A stretch of DNA of 64,000 nt from Callorhinchus milii (GCF_018977255.1 NW_024704743.1:39372001-39436000), one strand, 5' to 3'. Shown: positions 13,315 through 26,156, numbered from the stretch's first letter. Notes: a model not told the origin generated them from the letters alone. Program-made: numbers and translations.

Positions 13315-13597
13315 TCCACAACTGTTTATCAGACACTGCTGTATGCAATTGGCAGCTGGGTTTCGCCTACAAAATATACAGTCAATTCACATTACAGTAC
13401 ATTCTGTGAAGCGCTTTGAAACATCTCAAAGATGTAATAAGGCGCTATATAAAATGTAAGGATTATTATCATCATAATATCATAATAATAATAATAATCC
13501 TTTCATTTGATAGAGAGCCTTATCATGCCTTTGAGACATCTCAAAGCGCTTCACAGAATATACTGCAAAGTGAACTGACTATATTTCGGGCGAAACA
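13315..13597. mobile_element. Two young SINE 3' halves in tail-to-tail inverted orientation (+ 13315-13470; - 13483-13597)
   Basis: The + copy ends aaatgtaaggattattat. The - copy begins ataataataatcctttcatttgatag. The arms are mutually complementary over about 100 bp. Confidence 0.9.
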
Positions 13598-13613
13598 TGA
13601 TCATACAAATATC

Positions 13614-13703
13614 TGCTCAACATTGCAAGGGTTATGGTTAGATTAATGTTGCTCAATGTTACACGGGTTATGGTTAGATTAAGGTTGTTCAATGTTGCAA
13701 GGG
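13614..13703 (+). repeat. 36-bp tandem repeat, about 2.5 copies
   Basis: The unit gctcaa(c/t)(a/g)tt(g/a)ca(a/c)gggttatggttagattaa(t/g)gtt starts at 13615, 13651 and 13687. Confidence 0.85.
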
Positions 13704-13929
13704 GCAGAAGAGTTGTGGTTCACCCTGTATAACGATTTTCACTTTGGGCCTAATTTACAACGTTTGCCAAAGCCAGAATTGGAGCATTAATTTTGACTTC
13801 CGTTTACCAATATCAAAATCTGTCTCCTGTCCAACATTCATAACACAGCTAAATGGGATTTCTGAAAAACAACAAATGTGAAAAATAGAATTGGAGAATG
13901 AACCGATTAGTGATAAATCTTACTTCCTA

Positions 13930-14300
13930 CTCCATAGACTGATAGAAATGTTCAAGATTACGGAAGAATTTGATGTATAACAACAACAACTTGACTTTAT
14001 ATATTGCCCTTCATGCAGAACGGTGTCTCAGACATTGAAAGTCAGATGTTGATCAGCTGTTTCCATTTGTTTGTGAGTTCATAACTAAAGGACATAAATA
14101 TAAGATAGCTGGTGGTATATCTGAGAGGTAGTCTTGGAGAAACTTATTCACACAGAGTATCAATGTATTTAAGAGAAAACTTTATGTATACATGACAGAG
14201 GGAGGGGAATAGAGGTGTATAGGAGAGTGGAATAGGAGGGGTGGTGGCATGGACTAGTTGGGCCAAATAGCTTATTTCCATGCTGAATCACTCTATGTAG
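13930..14300 (+). mobile_element. CR1 LINE 3' fragment with a short L2 tail inserted at ~13978-14030
   Basis: gactgatagaaatgttcaagatt (DLIEMFKI-like), ctgtttcc, ttcacacagag, and 3' UTR ttgggccaaatagc. Confidence 0.7.
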
Positions 14301-15754
14301 CAAAGCTCATGTAAGCTGCTATTTAAATGCAACTTATTGTTGTAACTCAATGTAATGCTATAATGCTGGGTCCCGACAATATAGCTTCAGCATATGAGTC
14401 TTGAGATTTTTTTTATTGTAACACATTAGATTTACTACTGTTTAAATACTGCTGCGTTCATTATCTGACTTTGGCAGTGCTCAATTTCATTTTGCAGTAG
14501 CGTAAAGCAGTTGAACTACATATTCTAACTACAATTTAAATTTTTGAACTTTTTTCATGAACATTTGACTGCATTGTAAAGTCAAATCTGCATGTCTCTT
14601 GTTGCCACAGCCTTTTACTGCTTGTGCTTCTACTTGTGCACAAGTGTGAAACATTCTTTTCCATCTGATTGTCAACTATGTATGGGTGGGACCTTTCTAT
14701 CAATGTATTGATTCAGTAAAACGCATTATGCTTTGCCAAAAATTACAAGGTAAAGCACATAATGACCAGTGTGCAAAGTCCAATATTGTTGCAAGTAATC
14801 TGGAAGTGAATGATGCTGTGTTGATACAATTTACATTTATATAGTGCCTTTCATGTTGGGAGGAGGTCTCAAAACGCTTGACTCTGCTGGCTGGACACCT
14901 GAACTGTAGGTGGAAGCTGGGGAAAGAAGACAGAAAGCGTGGACAAAGAGGCCAAATACTACACATTTGTTGGCGATCCTGAGCAATTTTGACAGTGGTT
15001 CCCTACTAAATGTGCAGTAAAAATGGGGTATATATTGGGCACCACCTGGAGGAAGTATTTACAGAAGCAGTGAGCTTTGCAGCCATAGTGTATAAACATT
15101 GAGGCGGGAGAGGGGGAACTTTCAAGAGGCAGTGATTTTAATGTCAGTAATGAACCAATCATTACTCTACCAGTTCTTCAATAACATTAAACAAACGTAT
15201 GTGTGTGCAGAAAGCATTAGTGACTTCTCGATTACAATTGAAAACAAAATCTAATTATAGCTTGCAGCTTTGCACTGCTAAACTGGTGGGTCCTGCCAAT
15301 ATAACTGCAGTACTTGTGTCTTGATATTTTGTTATTGTCGCACATTTGGATCCGTATTGTTGGTGTGTGCCAGAGACTCTCAAGCGAAACCAGACTGGAA
15401 GTGGTGGAAATATACAACTCCATAAAATGGAGCCAAGATTTCACTCCTTATGAATCATCGCTTGCTAATGTGTTATCAGTTTTTCACACTGTTTCTACAC
15501 AGATAATGAATCCTTGCTGTTTGAGTGGAATCATGTACCTTTTAGCTTCTATTTAATTGTAGTGTTCTGATTACTGACATTTAAGTGATTTGTTCCGACT
15601 GCTTTCAAATCTGCTGTGATGTATGATTTACTAAAAATATCTCACTTCACCATTTTATTTGCATATAAAGACTCACTTTCAAACTTTGAATAATATCCGA
15701 GTCTTTTAGACTAGCTTGCTACTACAGTGGATATTAGAGCTCACTGTTTCTCCT

Positions 15755-15912
15755 CTGTGGATATTAGGTAAAGACAGGATTGTGCTCGGCAGCAATGTCA
15801 AGTCATGTCAAAGAGCTTGCCAAGGCTCACCATTGAAGCTCATGCAGAAATAAAGGCTACTTATCTGAGGCACTGGAGGGTGACCCGTGCCCATGGAAAC
15901 ATTAGTCAGCAG
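15755..15912 (+). mobile_element. LF-SINE-like 3' fragment
   Basis: gtggatattaggtaaagacaggattgtgctcggc...gctcatgcagaaataaaggctactt...gaggcactggagggtg...gtgcccatggaaac. Confidence 0.65.
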
Positions 15913-16644
15913 GTACAGCAAGGACTCAAACACTTTCAGGAGAGAGCAAATTAAGGGCGATAAACTGGCATGAACAGTGACGTGTCTTTCTAAACCACTC
16001 AATGGACTATCTGTTTCTTATACTCGATTTAATGTACTGGATGTACCTTTTTATATCCCTTAAGCTGCCTGCGTAATGAAGTCTTATATACTAGCCACTT
16101 CTAAAAAGGCAGTTTTGCAGAACTAAAAAACATTTTAGTCCATCACTGTGGAAATATCAGAGATCTGTCAGTGATGAAAAAATTGAGATTTTAGTATCGC
16201 TCTGAGCAATGGGGCTAGTGACACTACTTTTAACAACTTTCTGCAGCATAGTGTGCATAAACAAAATTGCCAGTAAAACAACATGCAAATCTGTGCCATT
16301 AGATAAATTATTGTTAGCATGTATTTTGGGCATTCTTTCACGTTGCTATTTCTTTTTTAAAGTATTCAGCAGGATAAGGTATTTCTAAATTCATGCCATT
16401 CCTTAAATTATCTTGGAAATAAACAAGAAACACTTTATCTATAGAAACTGTTCTTAATGCCAAGTTTGGAAATGAACTTTGCTCTGACTTGGGTACCTTT
16501 CAGGCTTTACACAGACTTCAGAGAACATGACTCAAAAGGGGACCTGATAGAGCTGTATATAATTTTAAATGGGATTGAAAAAGTTTAAAATGTAAATTGT
16601 AAATGGTATTAAAAAAGTAAATCAATATTTTTGGATACATAATG

Positions 16645-17467
16645 ACAACAACACAATTACATTTGTACAGCACCTTTCACATTGGGAGAACATCCCAAGG
16701 TGCTGGACAGTCAGTGTTTTGGACCCGAGCTGGGGGTTGGGATCGGGGTGGATGGAGGGCAGTGGGGAAAGGAGGGTGATCAAAGGCACTGTCGAAGAGG
16801 AGGCTCTTGAGATGGGTCTTGAAGGAGGCATGAGAGGGGGTGAGGTGGAAGGACTGTGGGATGGAGTTCCAGAGGGTGGGGACAGAGTGGCGAAAGCCTG
16901 CCTGCCAATTGTGGGATGGGCGAGGTGGGGGACATGAAGCAGGCCGGAGCCCGCTGAGCGGAGGGAGCGAGCAGGTTGGTAGGCGGTTAGGAGGTCGTAG
17001 AGGTAGGGGGAAGAAAGGCCATGGAGGGCTTTGAAGGAGAGGACCAAGATCTTGAACTGTATCCTCTGTGTGATGGGAAGCCAGTGGAGTCGGGCGAGGA
17101 TAGGGGTGATAGGATCACGGAGCCTGGTGCGGGAGAGGACACGGGCTGCAGAGTTCTGGATGATCTGCAGCCTATAGAGGGAGGAGTTGGAGAGGCCAAC
17201 AAGCAGGGAGTTTGCATAGTGAAGCCTGGATGTTATGAATGCGTGTATGAGGGTTTCAGCCGTCTGTGGTGTGAGACAGTGGTGGAGCCGGGCGACATTG
17301 CGGAGGGGCAAACAAGAGGTTAAGGTTCCGGACTGGCTTGGTGAGGTGGAGTGTGCATCTGTGGATGGTGATGCTGTCAGCGCTTGAGGTGAGGAGGTCC
17401 TGACGGGAACCAATCAGGAAAGCCTCAGTCTTGTTAATGTTTAACTGAAGAAGGTTAACTCTCAGCA
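16645..17467 (-). mobile_element. L2-clade LINE, 3' ~0.8 kb (RT C-terminal region, frameshifted), inserted into a CR1 3' fragment (16530-16620 and 17470-17715)
   Basis: The ORF track shows LQLNINKTE and LRNVARLHHCLTPQTAETLIHAFITSRLHYANSLLVGL...LQIIQNSAARVL...LHWLPITQRIQFKIL, followed by a (TTG)n tail. The flanks read ggggacctgatagagctgtata and tggaacaggttgccaggg (CR1). Confidence 0.95.
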
Positions 17468-19304
17468 GTGGTCCTGGAGTCAAGGGTATAGAACAAGAGT
17501 ACATAGGTTTAGAGATGTAAACGAAGACAGATATCCAGAGGCTTTTTCTTTACTCAAAGGCTAATAAACAATTGGAACAGGTTGCCAGGGAGGGTGGGGC
17601 ACTAGATATATTTTAAAAAAGCTTGATGTGATGGGAGACAGTGGGGAGGGGGGATTCTGGAAGGATGAGATTGGATGGGCTGAAGGGCATTTTCCATCTG
17701 ATCTAACTTTGTGATATTTCATAATAGAAATGCCATCATCTTTGTTTGTAATATTATGAGGGAATTGATTGCTAGCCTCGTGTTCTTACTTCAAATTTAC
17801 TTTTTAAATTAACTTTTAAAATTACTGTTAGGCCAGTATCTGGTGAAGGACAATTAAAACCTTCACTTTGTGTCACCCCAATTAAAGATGTTTCCAATGC
17901 TCTTGCTATGACTGGACACCTGTAGAACTAACAAAATGTCTGCAGCTTCAGGAGAGAGGGAAGTAGACAAGAAAGGAAAGCGAAAGAATCATCCTGTTTC
18001 TTTTTTTCTCACTCCCATATAAATGAATATTTATCAAATATGATTTTAGGATAAAATATCCCTTTAAGAAAGGATTTCCTTGCATTGGGGACTCTGAGTG
18101 GTTGGTTCAGATACTGTTAACCGAAACACTGATTGTTCAGTACCTTGGGATGTCCTCCTGATGTGAAAGGCGCTCTAAAAATGTAATTGTGGTGATGAAT
18201 TTTCGTGTTTGTCAGACACCCAGCTGACGAAATTTTAAAAAAAAGGTTTATTATAAACTGCTACATGTTTTATACTTCCTGGTTTTGATAAGATACAGGA
18301 GAACATGCTTTCTGGAATATCTTAACATCCTACAAAATTGGATATTCCAGCGAGTCCTGCGATCAGGCTTAAACTAAAGTAATACAATACACCCCAGTTT
18401 ATACATACATACATTTAAAAATTAACATTGCTAAGTCAATAGGTTAATTCACCCGACATGGAAATGCAAAGTCTGTTATTTTAGAAGAGTTCAGATTAGG
18501 GTTGCTGCTTTTGAGTAACTGACTGCTGCATTATGGATGAACAGACACAAGATGCAAGTTCACATTTATCTGAGTGTGGAGTGATTTATGACAATAAGAA
18601 AGCATTGGGTGAGGAGAAACCGTTTGGCCTATCACGTTCGTAGCCCTCCACAGTATACCCAAAACATACCTAATGATGGCCTCCACTCCACTCAATCTAC
18701 TCCGTTTCTTTATATTTTAATATATTCATCACGAAAGCTGAATCAGGTCATTTTTTTGTGAAAATATTATTATTACTCTAAAATCAGAAAAGCATAATAA
18801 TTTTCCACTCTTACACCCAAAAATGTAATTGAATCCTGTGTTTTCTTGTTCATTTTACCTCATCATTTAAAAAAAAGCTGAATCATGTCTTCTTTTTTTT
18901 TGCGAAAATATTTCCGTTCGCTTACATCACAGCTCCAAGTCATGCAATCTTGTGCTCAAACAACAAGCCTAATGCTTTTCTTACATAATGGTTCCCAGTC
19001 TTAAGGACTTTCGTTGAAACCAAGTGTTTTTAATACCTAATGAGAAGTGCTATTAAAAAATGGGTCATCATGAGAGCAAATTGGATTCAGTGGGTGTAAA
19101 TCTCAGTAAGATTGACAACCTAATGTTGGGTATTGCATGTATCTTCCCATTCTGTCTTCATGCTGTTGGTTAGAGCTTTCTCTGAATTGTTATAAAACTG
19201 TGATGCCGCTGACTAGCAACCCCAAAAAACAAGTAAAAACATAAATGCCAACCTGGCTTAAAGATAATGACTTCAGTTAATTTTTTGAGTCAACACTCAT
19301 GTGG

Positions 19305-19503
19305 AAACCTCACCTCCTCCCTTGCCTCCTTCAAGACCCATCTCAAGACCCTCCTCTTCGACCGTGCTTTCGAATACCCTGCTTCCCCCCCTGCCCTCCA
19401 CCCTCCCGACTCCCAGCTTGGGTCCGAAACTTTGTCTGTCCAGCGCCTTGGGACATCCTCATGATGTGAAAAGTGCTATACAAATGTAATTTTGTTGTTG
19501 TTG
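19305..19503 (+). mobile_element. L2 3' end
   Basis: SSLASFKTHLKTLLFDRAF, the 3' UTR and a ttgttgttgt tail, closely similar to 16645-16830. Confidence 0.9.
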
Positions 19504-19974
19504 TATCCAAAGAAAGCAAAAGTTCGGTGCACCAACCCACACGTGCATTGGAATGAATTACGCACTCTCTCCTTAGAGAGGCACATCCTGTTTACTTAAT
19601 TCCAGAGATTATTAAGATTACATTGGCAAGGGCCAAGACTTGAGTACCTAGAGTGTGTGTTGGGGTACCGCTAGAGTTCGTCAGCTAAAACTGCCCAGCT
19701 TGCTATTGGAAAGCACTGTCCTTAGATTTTCTGCTGCTTGTCCAGCGAGGACCTACAATGTCCTACAATGAGAATAGCTGGTGAGGAGAGGAACAGGGGG
19801 CGGGTCTGCCTCCCACATATCTAAGTATTTCATATTGAATACAAATATCTTAATTTAGAAAGTAATATTAACTTCACCGTGTTCAGACAAGGTCTGCCGA
19901 CTGGAATTTAAGGTAGTCTTAGCACTATGCTAAGAAATTGATTTCAGTACTAGTGTATAGTGTAAAAAAAACCT

Positions 19975-20705
19975 TCCCTAGACCCATCTCTGCTCACAAA
20001 CTACTGCCCCATCTCCAACCTCCCTTTCCTTTCCAAGATTCTTGAAAGAGTTGCTACTTCCCAGTTTCACTCTTCCTCTCCTGCCACTCCCTTTACGAAC
20101 CCCTCCAATTGGGTTTCCATGCTGCCCACAGACCGGAAACATCCTCAAGGCACCAAATGACATTCTGTCCATCTGTAACCAGGGCTTCCCCTGTCTCCTT
20201 GTCCTCGTTGACCTCTTTGCTGCCTTCGACACTTTGGACCACTCTATCCTCCTCCACCGCTTCTCCTCTCAACTCAACCTTCAAGATTCTGTTCTTGAAT
20301 GGTTCAGATCCTATTCTCCAGATCCTATCCTCAGATCTCCACAAATGGCTTCTCCTCCACCATCATCTTGTGCAGTGTTCTTCCAGATTCTGTCCTCGGT
20401 CGCCTCCTCTTCAACCTGTACATGCTCCCTCTTGGTGACATCATCCGCAAACATGGGGTCAACTTCCACATGTACGTGGATGACACCCAACTCTATCTCT
20501 CTGTCTCCACCCTCGACTCCAGGATGACTAAAGTTCTGACGGACTGTCTGTCAGACATCAAGTCCTGAATGAGAGCCAACTTTCTACAGTTGAACGTCAG
20601 CAAGACCGAGGCTCTCCTGATTGGCTTCCGTCAGTGCCTCCTCACCTCAGGCACTGACAGCATCACCATCCATGGATATACACTCTACCTCACCAAGCCA
20701 GTCAG
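19975..20705 (+). mobile_element. L2 reverse-transcriptase core fragment (pseudogenised)
   Basis: Translations include NYCPISNLPFLSKILERV, GFHAAHRPET, LVDLFAAFDTLDHSILL and SVLGRLLFNLYMLPLGDIIRKHGVNFHMYVDDTQLY (YADD-type motif), with frameshifts. Confidence 0.95.
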
Positions 20706-21482
20706 GGCGACCCTCAGCTGTCCTTTCTCTCCCACATCGGTGCCATGACTTGCTTTGCGGCGTGCACACTTTGGCTGCTGCCACCAACCCGAGCTGCTTC
20801 CCCATAATGCCCCCACCCCTGTCCTCTACCCTCATTTACTCCCGCTCAGTTCTCCTCTCCCACCTCCCTCCCCGACTCCTATACCAGTTTGACCGTCCCA
20901 CTACCTCCCTCTGCTCCAGCCTGTGAATCCTCTGTCGGGCCCACCGTGGGAGTTGCCGCTGGCTGTCCAACAGCAGCTACTCTGACTGCTCTATCTCCCA
21001 TTCTTGCTGAAAGGCTCACTGGTCCCTGACCACGGGGGCCAACCTCTCCCCCCTGATCCATATCCCGACCCTCCCAGTCAGTCCCCCATCCCCCCACTTT
21101 CTGCCACCAATTGTCCCCTCCGCATCAGCCTACAAAATGTCTGTTCCCTGTCCAACAAAACACTTACCATCCAAGACCTCATCGTCGATGAACACATCGA
21201 CATTCTTGCCCTTACTGAAACCTGGATCACTCCAGGCGACACCTTTACCTGGATGGAGGCCTCACCACCCGGCTATACCTACCACCACACCCCATGACCG
21301 AACCGCCGTGGTAGTGGTGTGGATCTCATCTCCAGTTCCCGCTCGGCCTATCCCCTTACTCCTCTGGAACTTTCCCCTCCTTTGAGCACCTTATCCTTTG
21401 TCAGCCCTCCAACTTTTCCCATCAAAATTCTTCTTATCTACCACCCCCTCCAAGCCCTCCCCCACCTTCATCCCCGACATTT
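20706..21482 (+). mobile_element. L2 5' region with AP-endonuclease N-terminus (pseudogenised)
   Basis: RAHRGSCR motif, then PLRISLQNVCSLSNK...DILALTETWITPGD...PPGYTYHHTP*PNRRGSGV, the conserved APE motifs of L2 ORF2. Confidence 0.9.
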
Positions 21483-21631
21483 CCATTTCTGGAAAACCTT
21501 CATAATGCACAGTATAGTTAATACATGTCTAATTGATAGGAACTTGACTCTCTGAGCCTAAATTGTACCCAATCTTAGTCTGTAAGATAACTTTGTCTTA
21601 AAATTTAAGATCAATCAGAATAATGAGTATG

Positions 21632-21813
21632 TTTCACCCAAAATATACAGTCAAAAGGTCTTTTCAAAGAGCTGACATAGACACGATGGGCCAAATGGTC
21701 TCCTTCTATGCTGTATGATTCTATGAATTAACTTTACATTATATTCGTGAATCTCTTTGAGGCATCTTGAAGACATGATAAGGCGCTATATCAAATGCAA
21801 GGATTTTTATTAT
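21632..21813 (+). mobile_element. Young SINE 3' fragment interrupted by a CR1 3' tail (~21653-21725)
   Basis: SINE ...atatacagtcaa, then CR1 gatgggccaaatggtctccttctatgctgtatgattctatg, then SINE ctttacattatattcgtg...caaggatt. Confidence 0.8.
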
Positions 21814-22949
21814 TGTAGATTTCTTTTGTTCTTTCTCGGAGCAGTGATAGAAACAGGGAAGTCTAAACATCCAATACAAAATTACATTTGTATAGCACCT
21901 TTCACATCAGGAGGAGGTCTCAAGGAGTTTGACAGTCAGGGATTTGGACCATCGACAGCACAGTACATAAGGGGAAAAACAGTACACATGGACAGTGGTG
22001 TTGGGATAAATCAACAGCTAAGACACTTATCGATTGAGAAACCTACTAGGTTGCTATCAAAGTAATGGCTGATCAAGTAGATGTGACTGAGTTATATTTG
22101 AACTGAAGTTCTTGAATCTGTTAGACTGAGAGTTTAGAGGGGAGCTGGGGAATTTACGTTTAATACTTCCTTCTGAAAAGTAATTGAACAAATGCCTCTC
22201 TACGCAGAAGTTGAAAAGGTCTACTTCCACTTGAGAGCTGATGCATTACCAATCATTCTGATAATAAAGTTGTTTAAATAGGGCTGCAGTGTGCACAGTA
22301 ATTAGTCATTATTTGATCAATAGGGTAAAAGCTTTGCATTACTCAATATGATTGAGCATTTGTAGTTCAACCGATTCAACATGGTTAATCTGAGTTCAAT
22401 TGCACTAAAAAAGTACAAATCTGTCAATTATTGTAAAAAATGCCACAAAACATTTTGTATTTTTCAATGCTTGCCTGCTTTTCCTCAAGATGTGAAGCTA
22501 TTGTTTTTTGTATCCCTTGATAAACAATCCTCTCTGATTTATGTCAGGTTCTCCTTGTGTGTTGCCCTGTTTATCCAGAGTAATTCTGAGAAACCTAAAG
22601 AATATTAATTTTGTTTACTTGCTGCTGGGAAAATGGAGACGTTCAGTGCTTCATATCAGATAAATATTTCCTTCTTATACTTAAAACTGATTTGATTTTT
22701 GGCTGAAGCTTCCATTCAGTTTAACAAGATAATAATAAATGATAATCCATATATTTTATATAACACCTTATCACACCTTCAAAATGTCTCAAAGTGTTTC
22801 ATAGGATTTTCTGTAAAGTGCAATGACTCTGGATTTTTGTAGGTGAAAGGTAATGAAAGAATACATGGCAAGTCAGAGACGATTGCTTATCGAAGGTTGC
22901 AAAAAGCAACAGCTTTACACTTAGAGGAAAAAGTATGCAAGTGGTGAAA

Positions 22950-23080
22950 AACCACAGAAATGTACAGCACAGAAGCCCATTCAGCCCATCAAGTCTGTGC
23001 TGGCTCCCTCAAGAGCAATCCTTTCAGTCCCACTCACCTGGCCTTTCCCCATACCTCTGTAGCAGACTCCTTTTTAAGAA
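22950..23080 (-). mobile_element. CR1 3' UTR fragment
   Basis: tacagcacagaagcccattcagcccatcaagtctgtgctggctc...tttccccatacc. Confidence 0.75.
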
Positions 23081-23521
23081 GTAAAGGCCATTATCATTGT
23101 GATCAAAATTACCAGATACTGTGAGGATCAATCTAATTGAAGATTCTGACATGTGACATTTATTAGCTAGTTACAGTTTTATTATACCAAGTACCAAGTT
23201 CCTTAGCAATCTAAATGACTGTAATGTGATCTTAGTCTGCTGATCTTAGTCTGAAGACAATGTCTTAAAATATAGGATGATCTAGCATTTGAGATAATTC
23301 TCAAATTCAGTTTGAAATTTGTTTGAAACGGTCTCAAATTGTAACTGAAATTAAGTCTTTTCCCAAGTTCTCCACAATCTCATAACTGTAAGACAATGTT
23401 CTTAAGATTAACCACATGATCTTGATAGTTTGGCCCACTATGTCCTGAAACTCTGGAAACCTCTTCTTCTATCCCTTTCCCTGCCTCCCCCCTCTCTGTT
23501 AGCCCTTAAAAGCCTTTGCCT

Positions 23522-23603
23522 TCCCGAAACATTGACTCACTTTCCTTTCTCCATAGATGCTGTCTGACCTGCTGAGTGTTCACAGTGACTACTGTTTTTG
23601 TTG
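23522..23603 (+). mobile_element. Penelope-like element terminal fragment
   Basis: cccgaaacattgactc...tctccatagatgctgtctgacctgctgagtgttc...ctgtttttgttg resembles a recalled chondrichthyan Penelope-type terminal repeat. A second copy lies at 63940-64000. Confidence 0.55.
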
Positions 23604-23984
23604 CCAATTCTTAATTTGTTTTAATAATAACGCGTATCCATTATTAGCTATTTTAAAAAGTAAATGTTCTATAGTCGCACCCTGTGTCCAGAGACATTTT
23701 GCATTATCAGAATTAGAGCTCTACTATTGCTAAAAGTAATACAGTTTTTTTTCATTACTTGTTTATAATACAATAATCTATTCTTAATAAGCAAAAAATT
23801 GATCATTATTTTTGCAGATCAACTGTGATAAACACTATTGAATACTTCCTCAAAGAGCATTTACAATATTACAAATAGCTCCACTTATATACTTGGTAGA
23901 GGTGAGGAAATCCTCCTTACAGTAAACACTAGCCACTGAACACATATATGTTACATTAATGGATAAAAGTATTTTTATTTAAGT

Positions 23985-24075
23985 GTGTAGGTGGGATGCA
24001 TGAAATTCTCAGTTTGGTTTGGATACTCTTAAGCATGAAGATGGATTTCTGTATGTGTCAGACTGCCAAAAAAAA
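23985..24075 (+). repeat. Unclassified repeat family X, 3' terminal fragment
   Basis: gtgtaggtgggatgcatgaaattctcagtttggtttggatactcttaagcatg...tgtgtcagac followed by an A-run. Confidence 0.85.
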
Positions 24076-25204
24076 TGAAGTGTAATATCTGCTTAACTGC
24101 TGCCAGTAGTGGTTGTATTTTTTCCTGTGCTAATTTAGTAACTGACCATGCTGTTCCTCTATCGTATGCTGACTGCTATGTACTACAGGAAGTGAGGATG
24201 CTGCTCACTAGCTCCATATTGCAGACTGTCCACTTCCTCTTCAGCTGCTTGACATGAAACTAGTAGGAGCAGACTACCACATGGGGACTGCGGGGGAAAT
24301 GTTTTAAGAGTTAACAAAATTAAGCCAATTCCACAATTTTCTCTTGAAATTGTAGTACAGTACTCCCACATAGCTGTCGTATCTTAGGAGTTCAAGAGAC
24401 ATGAAACTGTGCTGCGATGTGACATTTGAAGAAAGGAAATTAGTTTAACCTCAGGATGTAGTTTCCATTTCTTAACCATTCTTACATTGAACTGAAGCAT
24501 TGTGAAGAAACAAATTACAATGTGCAGCATTTGAGTCACTTTCTCATTTCATCTTATTGTAATAGTCCAAAAAATCTTTATCTTTAAAACAGACCTATCT
24601 GTTTCAAGTTCTCTCAGTTGAAGAAATCCTCTTGTTTTTATGGCAAGAAACATTTTGTAATTGTGTTCTTCACAAGAAGCAATGATCTGATTAAAAACGT
24701 CAAACTACTACTGTAGTAATCCTCAGGCCAAGTATGATTTAGTAAGCACTGTCCGCATGCCTTTAATATCCTGGTAATTCAATCATTTTCACTGTCCCCT
24801 CTCTCCCCTTCCCTCCTCCCACACACACACATTTTCTGTGACCAATTGATTTCAGCTTGTCATTGCTGCTTCTCAGCTAGTTGCAAATGGTGGCTCAATG
24901 AAACGTCCTTTCCCTTCCCGCAGAGAAGTACCTGGCTTCATTAGATGCCTCACTTCATCAATGTAGCTAAGATCTGGGCCTTAGGGGACTGGGGAAATTG
25001 AATCAATGTTAGTTTCTCTTCCCCTTCCATGATTCTCACCCGACAGCAGTTTTTGAACAAAGTTCAGAGAACGTCTCAAGGCACGATTGTGTTGTATGAG
25101 CTTTGTCAATTATAATAATAATCCGGGGTAATAATCTCTCCTCCAAAAAATGTACAGCACCTTTCAGGTCGGGTGGATATTTCAAAGCTCGTCACAGGAT
25201 ATAA

Positions 25205-25500
25205 TACAAATAATAATTCTTGCATTTGATATAGTGCCTTTTCACGTCATTGAGATGACTCGAAGCATTTCACAGAATATATTGTTAAGTGGATTAACTG
25301 TATTTTGTGGGTGAAATGCGGCAGCCAATAGCACACAACAGTGTCCCACAAATAGTCAATCATTGAAAGACTACTTTTTTAGGGAGAGGAGGGATTATTA
25401 CCCCCGGAAACTGATCCGCCGATTGACTAACAACCGGGTTCCTACTAACTGGTAGAGTCAGGAAACTTGCCTAAGGTTTTGCCCCGCCCAGGAATAAAAC
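25205..25500 (-). mobile_element. Young SINE, long form
   Basis: Has the tail, the Deu-like body and the gattgactaacaaccgggttcctact segment found only in long-form copies. Confidence 0.85.
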
Positions 25501-25544
25501 CGTTCCTCTCGCTATAGTGTATAGTGGAGTGACGTATGTTTATG

Positions 25545-25803
25545 GGCCAATTTGTGCAATGTCCCCCAACAGCCATGAAGTGAATGACCAATTTAATTTT
25601 GGGAATTGTTGGCCAGGACATGGGGAGAAATTTCCTTTTCTTTTCGAATAGAGTCATGAGATCTTTAACATCCCCCTGAACATCTCGTCTGAAGGACAGC
25701 ACCTCCAACAATGTAATCCTCCGCCCTGTACCTCAGTGTAGTGTCAACTTAGTCTATGTGAGTTCCAAGTCCTGATGTGGGGCTTGAATCCACAAGTTTC
25801 TGA
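25545..25803 (-). mobile_element. SacSINE1-like fragment
   Basis: gttggccaggacatggggagaaa...catctcgtctgaaggacagcacctccaacaatg...ggggcttgaatccaca. Confidence 0.8.
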
Positions 25804-26137
25804 TCTTTATACTATAATTCCTTCCTAATTATGGGTGTTCATTCACACCATAGTTAGATCTAGCTGTGACGGAACTTTGGTAAGGTCAATATGTTTAAAG
25901 TTATACTCACTCTAAAATCAATGTTGGCGTCGCCCATTCAATCTTTACAGCATGAATGTTTTTGGCAATGAGTGCGTGGATTTTGGTGTTTCTCAGCAGG
26001 AAAAATAAATATCAACAGCAAGATGACTTAGAGCCCAATGTAGAGGCTAAAAATTTGAAAACAAAACTCTCGTCTTAGACTCAAAAAAATGGTGGACGTT
26101 GGAGCTGAAAAGGAAGCATTTCCAAACCTGGAGGGAT

Positions 26138-26156
26138 GTGCTGCCACCTTGTGACA
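26138..26156 (-). promoter_or_regulatory. Candidate CTCF binding site
   Basis: The reverse complement TGTCACAAGGTGGCAGCAC is close to the CTCF core CCASYAGRKGGCRS. Motif match only. Confidence 0.4.

Noticed and set aside
13614..13703. 36-bp repeats as a CRISPR array
   Set aside because: The units are contiguous with no unique spacers, the context is eukaryotic, and there are no cas genes.
16622..17413. 263-aa ORF as a host gene
   Set aside because: It is a frameshifted L2 ORF2 fragment.
18734..18912. Direct repeat aaagctgaatca..tc..tttttg.gaaaatatt, about 140 bp apart
   Set aside because: Probably a local duplication within a decayed LINE fragment, with no further structure.
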